64,000 nucleotides of DNA, from the IMG/VR virus record IMGVR_UViG_3300037478_000621, positions 2,403-66,402 of that record; one strand, given 5' to 3'. Shown here in pieces: positions 19,581-27,850 of this stretch. Every line of letters begins with the position of its first letter. Positions within the stretch are counted from its first letter, which is position 1. Source of the DNA: a virus (Duplodnaviria > Caudoviricetes). The translations under genes and the position numbers were made by a program. Under the pieces are notes generated by a model that did no database searches, was not told where the DNA came from, and saw only the letters and a list, made by a program, of their open reading frames with translations.

Positions 19581-19908
19581 CGTCAACCTCCTCGTCGGCC
19601 ATGAACGCGACCTGGGATCCGTCATCGATTGCCGTCTCGAAGGCGGCGTCGAGCAGTTCGTGGACCGGGGTGGTCCCGTCCTCCTCCTCTTTCTCGAGCG
19701 CCTGGCGCACCTCCTCGGCGAAGACGTTCGGGTCGGTGATCGTTGGGCCGACGAAGTCGTTGTTCGCGTTTACGATCTCGAGGTTCGGCGCGTTCCTGGC
19801 CGCCGTGGCCAGCGTCTCGACGCCGATGCTGATGACGAGCCGGCCCTGGTAGACAGAGACGTCGAGCAGCTGCCGGCGCGCCTCGAGGATGTCGTCGCTC
19901 GCCATCAC
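19570..19908 (-). CDS. Acidic hypothetical; paralog of the C-terminus of 34924..35655
   Basis: Shares 'LVI(S/T)(I/V)G(V/I)ETLATA…F A (E/D)EVR..L.KEEEDGTTP.H..LDA.FETA' with the distant gene. Confidence 0.75.
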   Translation of the reverse strand: MMASDDILEARRQLLDVSVYQGRLVISIGVETLATAARNAPNLEIVNANNDFVGPTITDPNVFAEEVRQALEKEEEDGTTPVHELLDAAFETAIDDGSQVAFMADEEVDDVD

Positions 19909-20519
19909 TTCCTCGCTTTCTTCCCGGCGCCCTTGGTCGCCTTGGATTTCTTCGCGGGCACCTTCTTGGCCGGCCGCTTCACCTTCGCCGCTGGCTTCAC
20001 TGGCTTCGAGGCCGGCTCCGACCCCGACTGCCCCAACGCCGCCCGCCGCTTCGCCTCGAGCTCGGCGATGCGCCGCATCCGCTCGGCGTCCGAGAGCTGC
20101 GTCACCGCCGTGGCCACGACACCGACGGCACCGCCGAACTCGTGCTTCTTGGCTGCCTCGAGGCCCTCGATCTTGGCGATCTCGCGAACCGCCGCGACCG
20201 CCGCGCTGTAGTCGCCCTTGTCGCCGCGCTCGAACGCCTGCTTGGCCAGGGCCTCGAGGAAGCGCACCCGGCGAGCTCGTCGGTTCGGCCGCTCCTCGGC
20301 GGCCTCCTCGGTCCAGATGTCGTAGACCGCGGCGAGGTACTTGGCTGCCTGGCGCTCGGTGACGCCGAACTCGGCGGCCGCTGCTCGGATGGCCTCGGCC
20401 GGCCGGCAGCCGCGGGCCAGCTGCTTCTCGACGAACACGAGGCGGTCCACCATCTGCGGAATGCCTTTGCGCCCGGTCTTTTTGGGCTTGCCTTTTGGCT
20501 TTGACTTTGCTTGTGCCAT
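19905..20519 (-). CDS. Putative terminase small subunit
   Basis: N-terminal HTH (FGVTERQAAKYLAAV), helical middle, 'REIAKIEGLEAAKKHEF' TerS-like C-terminal motif; no other TerS candidate next to terL. Confidence 0.65.
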   Translation of the reverse strand: MAQAKSKPKGKPKKTGRKGIPQMVDRLVFVEKQLARGCRPAEAIRAAAAEFGVTERQAAKYLAAVYDIWTEEAAEERPNRRARRVRFLEALAKQAFERGDKGDYSAAVAAVREIAKIEGLEAAKKHEFGGAVGVVATAVTQLSDAERMRRIAELEAKRRAALGQSGSEPASKPVKPAAKVKRPAKKVPAKKSKATKGAGKKARK

Positions 20520-20538
20520 GAACGCTTCTGAACCTTTC

Positions 20539-20859
20539 TCAGCTCAATCGGAGCGACTCGCCGGTGGCTTCCCAGGTGAGTTCATAGAGCCACCATGGAA
20601 TCTTCCGGGCGAGTCGCTCGCAGTCTTCGATCGGCATCGAGTAGACCGTCGCGGCGATTGCTCCGATCGACGAGTTTCGTACCGACGTCAACTCGTTCCG
20701 CCACTGCTCGAAGCCCTTGGCGCACTCCGGCGGCTCGACTATCTGGCATAGATGCCTTGCCGCGTCGATGAGACGTTCGCGGATGCATCGGATTCCAGCC
20801 AGCGCCTCTAGCGCCTGGACTAGCTTCTCTGCCCAATAGCGTTCGGTTGCTCTCGCCAT
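20539..20859 (-). CDS. Hypothetical protein
   Basis: ATG 20859 overlaps the LexA-like stop. Confidence 0.5.
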   Translation of the reverse strand: MARATERYWAEKLVQALEALAGIRCIRERLIDAARHLCQIVEPPECAKGFEQWRNELTSVRNSSIGAIAATVYSMPIEDCERLARKIPWWLYELTWEATGESLRLS

Positions 20860-21125
20860 CAGTCCAGCACCCGAATCGCCCGCGGCTGCCCCGGCCAACG
20901 GCTGATGTACCCTTTGCCTTCGAGCGCCATCAAATGCTCGCTAACGGCGTTAGTGCTGCTGATGTCCATCAGCTCGCCGATCTCTCTCACCGTCGGCGGG
21001 AACCCGTGCTCGGTGATGAACTCGCGCAGCACGTCCAGCACGTCGCCTTGCCGCGGCGTGAGCTTTGGCCGAGGCTTGGTCTCCATCTCGGCCTCGGCCT
21101 TCGTGGCCGGCTGAATCTCACCCAT
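20859..21125 (-). CDS. LexA-like winged-helix DNA-binding domain only (no S24 peptidase)
   Basis: 'LTPRQGDVLDVLREFITEHGFPPTVREIGELMDISSTNAVSEHLMALEGKGYISR…RAI' is the LexA N-terminal domain; the protein ends at 88 aa. Confidence 0.9.
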   Translation of the reverse strand: MGEIQPATKAEAEMETKPRPKLTPRQGDVLDVLREFITEHGFPPTVREIGELMDISSTNAVSEHLMALEGKGYISRWPGQPRAIRVLD

Positions 21126-21393
21126 TGCCGGCCCCCTTCAGCGCCTCGCACTCGGCCACTCGCCAGTGACCGGGAACCATCACCGGCTCGCCGACAGAGT
21201 CATCGTCGAAGCGCTCACGACAGTGGACCAGTCCGCCTCGGAGGTCGTAGACGACGACCCGGGCCCGGCCGAACTCGAGTCGCACCACATCGCCGGGCTG
21301 GCAGTCGTGAAGCCGCTCGGGGTTGCGGGTCCGCGGCTTGCTCTTGGCCGGCGCCTTCGACTTCGCCCTCGGCTTGGCGGCACGCGCCTTCAT
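21118..21393 (-). CDS. Hypothetical basic protein
   Basis: 91 aa, coupled. Confidence 0.55.
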   Translation of the reverse strand: MKARAAKPRAKSKAPAKSKPRTRNPERLHDCQPGDVVRLEFGRARVVVYDLRGGLVHCRERFDDDSVGEPVMVPGHWRVAECEALKGAGNG

Positions 21394-21887
21394 GCGGCAC
21401 CCCGGCGGACCTCGCGCACGATCATCGAGCGCTTGAACTCCGCGATGGCCTGCTCGGCGCGGTTGAGCTGCCGGCGGAACTCGTCGGCCTCCGCCTTGGC
21501 GTCCCTTACCCGCCGGCGCAGCTTCGCAGCGTCGCGGTCCTCGGACTCGAGGGCGGCCACGCGCTTCTCGAACTCGGCCGCGGTCTGTTTCGCCCGGCTC
21601 AGCTCCTCGCGCACGGTCTCGAGCTCGGCGGTGGCCACGAGCAACTTGTTCTCGAGCGGCCTCTGCTCATTCTCGAACCGCTCGAGCTCGGACCGGAGCA
21701 TCGTCCGCTCGTTGAGCAACTCGAGGGTCGTCTTCCGTTCCTCGGCGAGAGCCGCCTCCTTCTCTCGCTCGGCGTTCAGTCGCCGGGCGTGAGCATCGGC
21801 GAGAGCCGCCTCGAGCCCCGCGACCTTTTTGACCGCGCTCTGCTGCTCTACCTGTCGTCGTTGCTTTCGTTTTACCTTTGCGCTCAT
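21390..21887 (-). CDS. Coiled-coil hypothetical
   Basis: Heptad-rich E/K/R/A sequence; ATG 21887. Confidence 0.65.
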   Translation of the reverse strand: MSAKVKRKQRRQVEQQSAVKKVAGLEAALADAHARRLNAEREKEAALAEERKTTLELLNERTMLRSELERFENEQRPLENKLLVATAELETVREELSRAKQTAAEFEKRVAALESEDRDAAKLRRRVRDAKAEADEFRRQLNRAEQAIAEFKRSMIVREVRRGAA

Positions 21888-21997
21888 TTCCTGCCCTTTC
21901 GTCCAGCACACCGCCACAACCACTCAGCCGCCGTGATCGCCCCGACGACAATCGCCGCAGCACCCAGCACGGCCAGGTCGATTGATGCCCAGCTCAT
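21884..21997 (-). CDS. 37-aa single-TM peptide (not in the track)
   Basis: MSWASIDLAVLGAAAIVVGAITAAEWLWRCAGRKGRK; ATGA overlaps at both ends. Confidence 0.55.
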   Translation of the reverse strand: MSWASIDLAVLGAAAIVVGAITAAEWLWRCAGRKGRK

Positions 21998-22152
21998 TTC
22001 TTGCCTCGATGTCGAAGTTTCATCGGACCGGTCCACCCGCACTTCGGACACCGGCCCATGCGCCCCTTGCTGCCCTCGACGACCCGAAGCGCCGCGCGCC
22101 GGCAGTCCGGTGCCGGGCAGATGCGGGTTACTCCGCCGTTGACCTCGCTCAT
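21994..22152 (-). CDS. 52-aa Zn-ribbon peptide (not in the track)
   Basis: CPAPDC…CPKCGW; ATGA overlaps. Confidence 0.55.
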   Translation of the reverse strand: MSEVNGGVTRICPAPDCRRAALRVVEGSKGRMGRCPKCGWTGPMKLRHRGKK

Positions 22153-22361
22153 CGCGCAGCCGCCTTGGTCGGCTTCCTGAAAATCCAGTAGCCCGGGTGT
22201 CGGCAGTCCACGGTCAGGTCCTCTCGGTACCAGTCCATCTCGCGCACCCGCTCGCGAGCTTCTTCAGCGTCCTCGCTATCACGTCGGCGGACCTGACGCA
22301 CAATCGAGCCGAACCGCTTGGACGCGATGTTCATGCCACGGCCCTGGTGGTTCAGCTTCAC
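22149..22361 (-). CDS. Hypothetical protein
   Basis: 70 aa, GTGA/ATGA coupling. Confidence 0.5.
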   Translation of the reverse strand: MKLNHQGRGMNIASKRFGSIVRQVRRRDSEDAEEARERVREMDWYREDLTVDCRHPGYWIFRKPTKAAAR

Positions 22362-22522
22362 AGGAGACCGCCGACGGCCAGCCCGAGCATGAAGCCGATC
22401 ACCAGCACGCCAACGATGCGCGCCATCGACTCGCTCGGCTCGGGTTTGATGACGAGGCCCGACCCCGCCGCGTTGTAGCGGTCGCGTAATGGAGCCGTGT
22501 CCGTGGAACCGTGCCAGTTCAT
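22358..22522 (-). CDS. 54-aa peptide with C-terminal TM helix (not in the track)
   Basis: …MARIVGVLVIGFMLGLAVGGLL*; overlaps neighbours by 4 nt. Confidence 0.55.
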   Translation of the reverse strand: MNWHGSTDTAPLRDRYNAAGSGLVIKPEPSESMARIVGVLVIGFMLGLAVGGLL

Positions 22523-23073
22523 GCAGCCTCCTTGGCTTCCTCGAACTCGACCAGCGCAGGCACGCCGTCGAGCCGCGCCTCGATCTCGTCGGCGATGTCG
22601 CCGATGACGTGGCCAGCTTCCGCTCGCTGGATGGCGTAGAGCACCGTGGTGTGATGGCGGTTGAAGACGCGGGCGATCTCTTTCAGGCTCGCCGCGGTAC
22701 GTCGCCGCGCCAGAACCATCGCCACCTGCCTGGCCTGGACGGTCGTTCGATGCACTCGAGGTCCGCGGACGTCGGCAGCCGTGACGCCGCAGTGCTTTGC
22801 TGCAATCGCGATCATCTTCTCGACGCCCTTGACCAGCGCTGGCAGTCGCTCGGCCTTGCGGGCGCGGTGAAATTGCTGGTTGCAGAGCGGAGCGCAGAAC
22901 CGACGCTTCGCTCCGCTAATCTCAGCGCCACACCAGCACTTTCTCGCGGCCGTTGCAGCCCGTCGCACGGCTTCGCGGTACTTCGCCTTGGCTCGAGCCA
23001 ACTCGGCCCGCGCTTCCGCGAGCTCGGCATCGAGACGCGTCGCGCGCGCTGCCGCTGTCTCTTCCCTCTTCAC
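22519..23073 (-). CDS. Protein with DnaA C-terminal (domain IV) HTH and Zn finger
   Basis: 'VQARQVAMVLARRRTAASLKEIARVFNRHHTTVLYAIQR' is the Bac_DnaA_C signature; preceded by CWCG…FCAPLC. Confidence 0.8.
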   Translation of the reverse strand: MKREETAAARATRLDAELAEARAELARAKAKYREAVRRAATAARKCWCGAEISGAKRRFCAPLCNQQFHRARKAERLPALVKGVEKMIAIAAKHCGVTAADVRGPRVHRTTVQARQVAMVLARRRTAASLKEIARVFNRHHTTVLYAIQRAEAGHVIGDIADEIEARLDGVPALVEFEEAKEAA

Positions 23074-23264
23074 GCCGCTCCCCTGTGTCGCTTCATCGGC
23101 GTTGTGGTGAGTCCGAACCGGCGCACCAGCTTGCAGGTCCAGCACTTGAACATCTGCGGCCACGTGGATGGCCCGGCGCGGTACTCGCCGTCGGATGAGT
23201 GGCGCCGGGGACCGCGGCACTTCTCGCACCAGAGGATGGCCTCGACGGGCTCGACCATGTTCAT
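23070..23264 (-). CDS. Small Zn-finger hypothetical
   Basis: CEKC…CWTC. Confidence 0.55.
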   Translation of the reverse strand: MNMVEPVEAILWCEKCRGPRRHSSDGEYRAGPSTWPQMFKCWTCKLVRRFGLTTTPMKRHRGAA

Positions 23265-23725
23265 TGAGTGCCTTCCTCGAGCAACTTGGCGAGGCCACGG
23301 AGAACGGAGGCCATGGTTTCAGCCTTGATGGCAGCCGGGAACTCTCGATCCACCGCCAGATCCGCCTCGGCCTTGAGCAGCTTGCAGCGGACCTCGACGA
23401 GCTGGTCTTGTAAGCGGCTTACGTCTTCGGCTCGGCGGTCGGCGACGGCTTTAAACCGGGCGGCGGTGCCCTTGGCTTGTCGAAGGTCCTCCTCGATCTT
23501 CCTTCGCGCGTGGTCGGCCCGTAGATACTCCTCGCGGTTGTGGCAGGCCGGGCAGCCTGTTGCCGGGCGGCGTGGATTGCTCTGGTATCGGAGGTTGCAC
23601 TGGCCGCAGTGCATATCGAGCTCGCCCTGGCAGCTTCGTGCCTGGCGATTCTTTTCCAATTCATCTCGGTCGCGCTCAAGTTGGGCGACTCGCTCGAGCA
23701 CGCTATCCATCTCGTCTGCCATCAA
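23261..23725 (-). CDS. Coiled-coil/Zn-finger hypothetical
   Basis: CGQC…CPAC between helical segments. Confidence 0.6.
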   Translation of the reverse strand: MMADEMDSVLERVAQLERDRDELEKNRQARSCQGELDMHCGQCNLRYQSNPRRPATGCPACHNREEYLRADHARRKIEEDLRQAKGTAARFKAVADRRAEDVSRLQDQLVEVRCKLLKAEADLAVDREFPAAIKAETMASVLRGLAKLLEEGTQ

Positions 23726-24063
23726 TGCACCGTCTTCCCTGTTCGTTTGGCTTCGATTCGCCGCGCGCTGTCGCGGTACAGACCCACGTCGCGCACGCGC
23801 GCAAAGAACTCGTCAACGCTGATGCGGCCGTCGCGCAGGAAGTCCCATGCCTCTTGGTCGTGGACGCAGTCGGCGATGCACTTCGCCGTGACCGCATCGC
23901 GGAAGGCCTGGAGGCACTCCTCGCAGAGCGGCGGCGGCAGCTCGGTGTCGAGCAGCTTGGCAAGCTCCTCGGCATGGGCGTAGTAGCCGCCAGCGGGCCG
24001 CTCGATGACCGGCCGCGTCTTGCAGCGAGGGCACGTGCCATCGGCTCGCGTGGCCCACTTCAC
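23722..24063 (-). CDS. Zn-finger hypothetical
   Basis: CPRC…CEEC. Confidence 0.55.
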   Translation of the reverse strand: MKWATRADGTCPRCKTRPVIERPAGGYYAHAEELAKLLDTELPPPLCEECLQAFRDAVTAKCIADCVHDQEAWDFLRDGRISVDEFFARVRDVGLYRDSARRIEAKRTGKTVH

Positions 24064-24587
24064 TTGCCACCGCCCAACTTGAGCTGCCCGAGTCGCACCT
24101 GGCCGCCAACGCGCTTCGCGGACGGTCCGCCGGCCAACACGCCCAGCTGTGCGCCACGCTTCGCCCGTCGACGGACCGCGGTGTAGGCGTCGATGAAGCG
24201 CGCCCGCGTACTGGTCACGTTGGCCTCGAGGCAGATGTCGCGCCAGCCGATCGCTCGCACTGCCTCCGCGATCTCCTCGTGCTCAAAGCACGGCGCTCGA
24301 TACGCCCCGTCGCGGGCCACGGCGCGTAGCACTTCGGCCCAGGCGAGCTCGGGCTCGGGAAGGTCGGCCACCGCGAGCATGGCGACCTCTTCGCGGATCT
24401 CAGCGACGCTGGGCCACCACTTGCTCACCGCGATGAGGCGACGGAGCGCGTCCTCAACGTCCTCGACGTCCAGGTCGGCGAGACACTCGCAGTAGATCGC
24501 CACGCGGTTGCGCTCGAGCTCCTGGCCGTAGGCGAGAGACGCCACCGAGAGAGCCCTGGCCATCGCCGCCTTGCTGCTAGCGGTCAT
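24060..24587 (-). CDS. Helicase loader/inhibitor (SPP1 G39P-like)
   Basis: 'YCECLADLDVEDVEDALRRLIAVSKWWPSVAEIRE…AWAEV…AVRAIGWRDIC' pattern; directly downstream of the initiator. Confidence 0.7.
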   Translation of the reverse strand: MTASSKAAMARALSVASLAYGQELERNRVAIYCECLADLDVEDVEDALRRLIAVSKWWPSVAEIREEVAMLAVADLPEPELAWAEVLRAVARDGAYRAPCFEHEEIAEAVRAIGWRDICLEANVTSTRARFIDAYTAVRRRAKRGAQLGVLAGGPSAKRVGGQVRLGQLKLGGGK

Positions 24588-25515
24588 GCTGCCTTTCCTT
24601 CTCGGCCTCGGCCTCGAGCTCGCGGATGTAGGCGAGCGTGCCGGGGGTCGGGCCACCGCGCTTGCGACCGGCCATCTTCGCCATGAGCGCGTCGAACTGC
24701 TTGCGCAGCTTGCCGGCGCTCAGGATGTTGCCTTGCCAGAACGAGTCGGTCTGCGACCACTCGAGCACCTCGCGAATGCGATCCCAGGAATGGCCATCGA
24801 GACGATGGAGCTTGTCGAGGTCGGGCGCCCACCGCTTCACGTGGGCCTCGGGCTTCCGGGCCGGACTGGAGTCGGGTAGCCGGTCGGCGATGAGGGTGAC
24901 GAGCAGCCGGGCGAGATCGAGTGCCTCGGTGGGGATCTCAACCTCGCGCGACGCGCGAGGAGAATCCTGCTCCCTGCTACCTGCTACCTGCTTACTGCTA
25001 CCTGCTACCTGGATAGCGCTTGAGTAAGCGATGCCATCGGGGAAGGCATGAGCGAAGGCATCGACGTAGGCATCGCTTAAGGCATAAGCTAAGGCTTTAA
25101 CCTCTCGCCATATCTCACCTTTTAGGGAGCACTCGGGTATGCGTTCCCACCCCTTCGCCCACCCTTTGAAGTGGTTCAGCGAGGTAGGCTTCGTGCTCTT
25201 GCGAGGGGTCCCGTCCGAGTGTCGAAGGGCCCTCGGAAGCCATACGATCCCTGCCTCCGTGTCTGCCTTCGCCAAGCCTTCGTCTATGGCTTCGCCAAGG
25301 CATAGCTCTAGGCTTGGGAGCGGCCATCGGAGGTCGTCGGCGAGCACCGCCGGGCGAGCAACGACGACACCGGGGATCTTGGTCGTGCGGCGCCCGGTCA
25401 AGAGATAGAGCCACAGCGCCTGTCCGCTCGGCTGGAGCGGCGAGAGCCGACGAAAGGCGCTGTCGTCCCAGACCTCGACCTCGACGGTCTTGTAGATGCG
25501 ATGCTCGCGGGTCAT
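24577..25515 (-). CDS. Phage replication initiator protein
   Basis: N-terminal wHTH-like 'VWDDSAFRRLS…QALWLYLLT'; internal iteron-like repeats; C-terminal 'FWQGNILSAGKLRKQFDAL' DnaD/O-like motif. Confidence 0.8.
   Translation of the reverse strand: MTREHRIYKTVEVEVWDDSAFRRLSPLQPSGQALWLYLLTGRRTTKIPGVVVARPAVLADDLRWPLPSLELCLGEAIDEGLAKADTEAGIVWLPRALRHSDGTPRKSTKPTSLNHFKGWAKGWERIPECSLKGEIWREVKALAYALSDAYVDAFAHAFPDGIAYSSAIQVAGSSKQVAGSREQDSPRASREVEIPTEALDLARLLVTLIADRLPDSSPARKPEAHVKRWAPDLDKLHRLDGHSWDRIREVLEWSQTDSFWQGNILSAGKLRKQFDALMAKMAGRKRGGPTPGTLAYIRELEAEAEKERQHDR
24966..25100. repeat. Candidate replication origin: 7 x 7-bp (CCTGCTA) and ~6 x 12-bp (core AGGCAT) tandem repeats
   Basis: CCTGCTC CCTGCTA CCTGCTA CCTGCTT ACTGCTA CCTGCTA CCTGGAT (24966-25014); cgatgccatcgg ggaaggcatgag cgaaggcatcga cgtaggcatcgc ttaaggcataag ctaaggctttaa (25029-25100); locally AT-richer. 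Confidence 0.75.
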
Positions 25516-26069
25516 CGCGCCCGAGCCTCCTGCTGTCGCCGGTGCCACTCGCGACCGATCTCGAGGCAGCGCTCGCACTGCAGTCGCCCTCGAGCTTTCT
25601 TGCCGCCGCACCTACCGCATCGTCCGGCAGCCTTTAGCCCTGCCCTCCGCTTCGCCTGCCACTCTCGATTGATCCGGCGACGACACTCTTTGTAGGCTCT
25701 CTCGCTGTACGGATACGTGTTGTCGCCGCCGAGCCGATGGCCGAGGTGACAGTGTGTTTGCCGTCGTCTCGCACCGATGTCCACAACGGTTCCCTCGACG
25801 GCGTGAGCCGGGTTACAGCAATGCCGCGCGTGCTCGCAGCGAAGGAGCGCCTCGACCTCGTCTTGCGTGATCGGTCGGTCGGCTCCGTTGGCGACACCGG
25901 TCGCCAGACGCGCTGCATCGACGACCTTCCAGTGCCCGTTCAGCTTCCAGCGGAGCTGCGGGTAGCCTTGGGTAGTGATGCACGCTGTCCAGAGCCAGCA
26001 GCCCGTCTCGGAATCAACGGTGACCTTGTCCCAGTAGCGCTGGGGCAGCCGCGGGTCGCCGAAGTTCAA
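25512..26069 (-). CDS. Degenerate HNH (HNH_3-type) endonuclease-like protein with extra Zn fingers
   Basis: 'YWDKV…SETGCWLWTAC…GYPQ…CCNPAH…QTHCHLGH'; TTG 26069 with RBS GGAGG overlaps the upstream stop. Confidence 0.7.
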   Translation of the reverse strand: MNFGDPRLPQRYWDKVTVDSETGCWLWTACITTQGYPQLRWKLNGHWKVVDAARLATGVANGADRPITQDEVEALLRCEHARHCCNPAHAVEGTVVDIGARRRQTHCHLGHRLGGDNTYPYSERAYKECRRRINREWQAKRRAGLKAAGRCGRCGGKKARGRLQCERCLEIGREWHRRQQEARAR

Positions 26070-26461
26070 GAGGCCCTCCGCAACCCGCCAGGCAGCCGCA
26101 CTCGCTCGACCCGGACCTCCTCGATGCCCCACGACTCGACCGGCACCGCGCCCTTACTGGCCTCCTCGATGCGCGCCGCCAGCTCGTGACCCGGCCGGCG
26201 GCGGCCGAGCTCGAGGTAGCAGACCATCGACTGATCGCAACCGAGGAGCCGGGCCGCCGGCTGCTGAGTCAACCCGGCGGCGACGCGCCAGCGGCGAAGG
26301 AGTATTGAGCCGTGGGCGGCGCGGCCGGGCTCGGGCTTGGATTCAGCCTGGCCAGCTTGCCCCGGTGTCCCAGCCGTCCCCGGCGCCACGGTGTGGATTG
26401 CCGCGGGATGGCAATTTGCCACGGCGCCAGGCAAAAAAGAGAGGGTGTCGAGTTCAGCCAT
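26066..26461 (-). CDS. XRE-family HTH regulator
   Basis: 'LRRWRVAAGLTQQPAARLLGCDQSMVCYLELGRRRPG…AARIEEAS.GAVPVESW'; start uncertain. Confidence 0.8.
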   Translation of the reverse strand: MAELDTLSFLPGAVANCHPAAIHTVAPGTAGTPGQAGQAESKPEPGRAAHGSILLRRWRVAAGLTQQPAARLLGCDQSMVCYLELGRRRPGHELAARIEEASKGAVPVESWGIEEVRVERVRLPGGLRRAS

Positions 26462-26873
26462 CTAGACTGTCCTCGGGCGAGGAGGTGTCCCTGGCTATCG
26501 CAAAGACCGCCTTCGCCGCCGGTCCGAGGGTCCTCACCGCGGCTGTGAGCGCAGCGAGCTTCTCTTCGGCGGTCTGTTCCCGTCCTTGCTCGAAGCGGCC
26601 GCCGCGGAGGCGGCAGACGGCATCAACGAACCCCTGATCGATGAAGATGAAGTAGACAGCCAGCTTCATCTTCAGGTCGTGCCGGCCGCGGTCGGCGAGG
26701 AGGTTGTCGAGGACGGCGTTGGAGATCTTCAGGTCGGCCGCGACCTGCTTTCGCCCGCGTCGATCGGCAGCGTGTCGGCAGGCCTCGAGGAGTGTCGGCC
26801 AGTGCCGCCGGATGATCCCCTTCCAGTCAAACCGATCCTCGAGTTCGAGGGAAAGCTGATCTCTCTCTGTCAT
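26454..26873 (-). CDS. CII-like phage regulatory protein (putative)
   Basis: HTH-like 'GRKQVAADLKISNAVLDNLL' in the position after cro. Confidence 0.45.
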   Translation of the reverse strand: MTERDQLSLELEDRFDWKGIIRRHWPTLLEACRHAADRRGRKQVAADLKISNAVLDNLLADRGRHDLKMKLAVYFIFIDQGFVDAVCRLRGGRFEQGREQTAEEKLAALTAAVRTLGPAAKAVFAIARDTSSPEDSLDG

Positions 26874-26988
26874 TTCAGCTGTGTGCCTCTGTGTGTGATT
26901 CAAACGCAGCGCCACACGCGGGCCGCCGGTTAGGGTGAAATCCCGATGCCGCTGGAGACCCACACCGCCCCGCCGATAGGCTCGATCG

Positions 26989-27402
26989 ATGGACGAAATC
27001 AGCATCCCGCCGAAGACGGCGGCCATCCTCGTAATCGGTGCGACCGTGATCATCGGCCTGGTGGTCTGGGGCGTCGCCAGCGACGACAGCAGACCGGCAG
27101 CCGGAAGCGAGCGAGCCGAGCCCAGTGCGGCCGCGGCGCCGAAGCCCCGAGCCCCGGCCGACTTCCACGGCCACATCAAGGCGACCTATCTCGACGCGTG
27201 CAGCTTCAACGTCACCTCGGCATCGGAGAACCGAGTAACGACCGCGGCCAGCATCGTCGCCAACAAGCAGCGCGGCCACGACTTCAACCTCTGGAATCTC
27301 GGCTTGACCTTTCGCCGAGAGGGTGCGGCGTGGACGTGCCAAGGGATGGACGACGAGAACACCGGGGCCTGCGGACTCGCCCTGATCCACTGCGAGCGGT
27401 GA
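26989..27402 (+). CDS. Moron: N-terminally membrane-anchored protein
   Basis: TM helix 'AAILVIGATVIIGLVVWGVA'; opposite strand; TAGGCT-N6-ATG start. Confidence 0.7.
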   Translation: MDEISIPPKTAAILVIGATVIIGLVVWGVASDDSRPAAGSERAEPSAAAAPKPRAPADFHGHIKATYLDACSFNVTSASENRVTTAASIVANKQRGHDFNLWNLGLTFRREGAAWTCQGMDDENTGACGLALIHCER

Positions 27403-27506
27403 CGAGCAAATTGCGGGGCGCGACGGTGTTTCATGAGCCCAATCGCGAAGACCGGACCGGGATCTCCCCGGCCACCATGCCGCCGCGCCCCGCGACATCA
27501 AAGCCA

Positions 27507-27749
27507 CTAGCTCGCCTTCCGGGCCTGGCTCCGCTTTTTGGCCGGCCGCGGCAGTGGGCCGAAGAGAAGAGTTTGGCGCGAGATGCCGAGGGCGCTGGAG
27601 ATCGCCTCTTCGTTCTCGGTCTTAGGCTCGTAGACCCCGGTCTCCCAGCTGGAGACCGCCTGCGCGGTGACTCCAGCCAGATCGCCAAGCTCGCTCTGTG
27701 TGAGGCCGCGATTCTCCCGGAATCGGCGGATGCGGAGACCTAGAGACAT
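27507..27749 (-). CDS. Cro-like XRE HTH protein
   Basis: 'LRIRRFRENRGLTQSELGDLAGVTAQAVSSWETG…P'; 80 aa, divergent from the putative repressor across an operator region. Confidence 0.85.
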   Translation of the reverse strand: MSLGLRIRRFRENRGLTQSELGDLAGVTAQAVSSWETGVYEPKTENEEAISSALGISRQTLLFGPLPRPAKKRSQARKAS

Positions 27750-27781
27750 GGATCCCTCGGTACCAAATCTCACCACTGAGG

Positions 27782-27796
27782 TCAAGTCTAACTTGA
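27782..27796. promoter_or_regulatory. Operator 1: TCAAGT-CTA-ACTTGA
   Basis: Perfect 6-3-6 palindrome overlapping a leftward TTGACC (-35) for cro. Confidence 0.8.
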
Positions 27797-27835
27797 GGAT
27801 TGACCCAGTCGGACATGCCGCGGGGCGCGATACAC

Positions 27836-27850
27836 TCAAGCCTGGCTTGA
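27836..27850. promoter_or_regulatory. Operator 2: TCAAGC-CTG-GCTTGA
   Basis: Perfect palindrome with the same spacing, between TACACT (-10, 27831-36) and the repressor ATG. Confidence 0.75.

Noticed and set aside
24966-25100. CRISPR array or mini-array
   Set aside because: The repeats are 7- and 12-bp tandem units without spacers; no repeat-spacer pattern was seen anywhere in the window, and the Cas4-like nuclease is in a recombination module.
27413-27830. GCGGGGCGCG repeats (27413, inverted 27484, 27820) around cro
   Set aside because: An all-GC 10-mer is plausible by chance at this GC content and has no consistent position relative to promoters.
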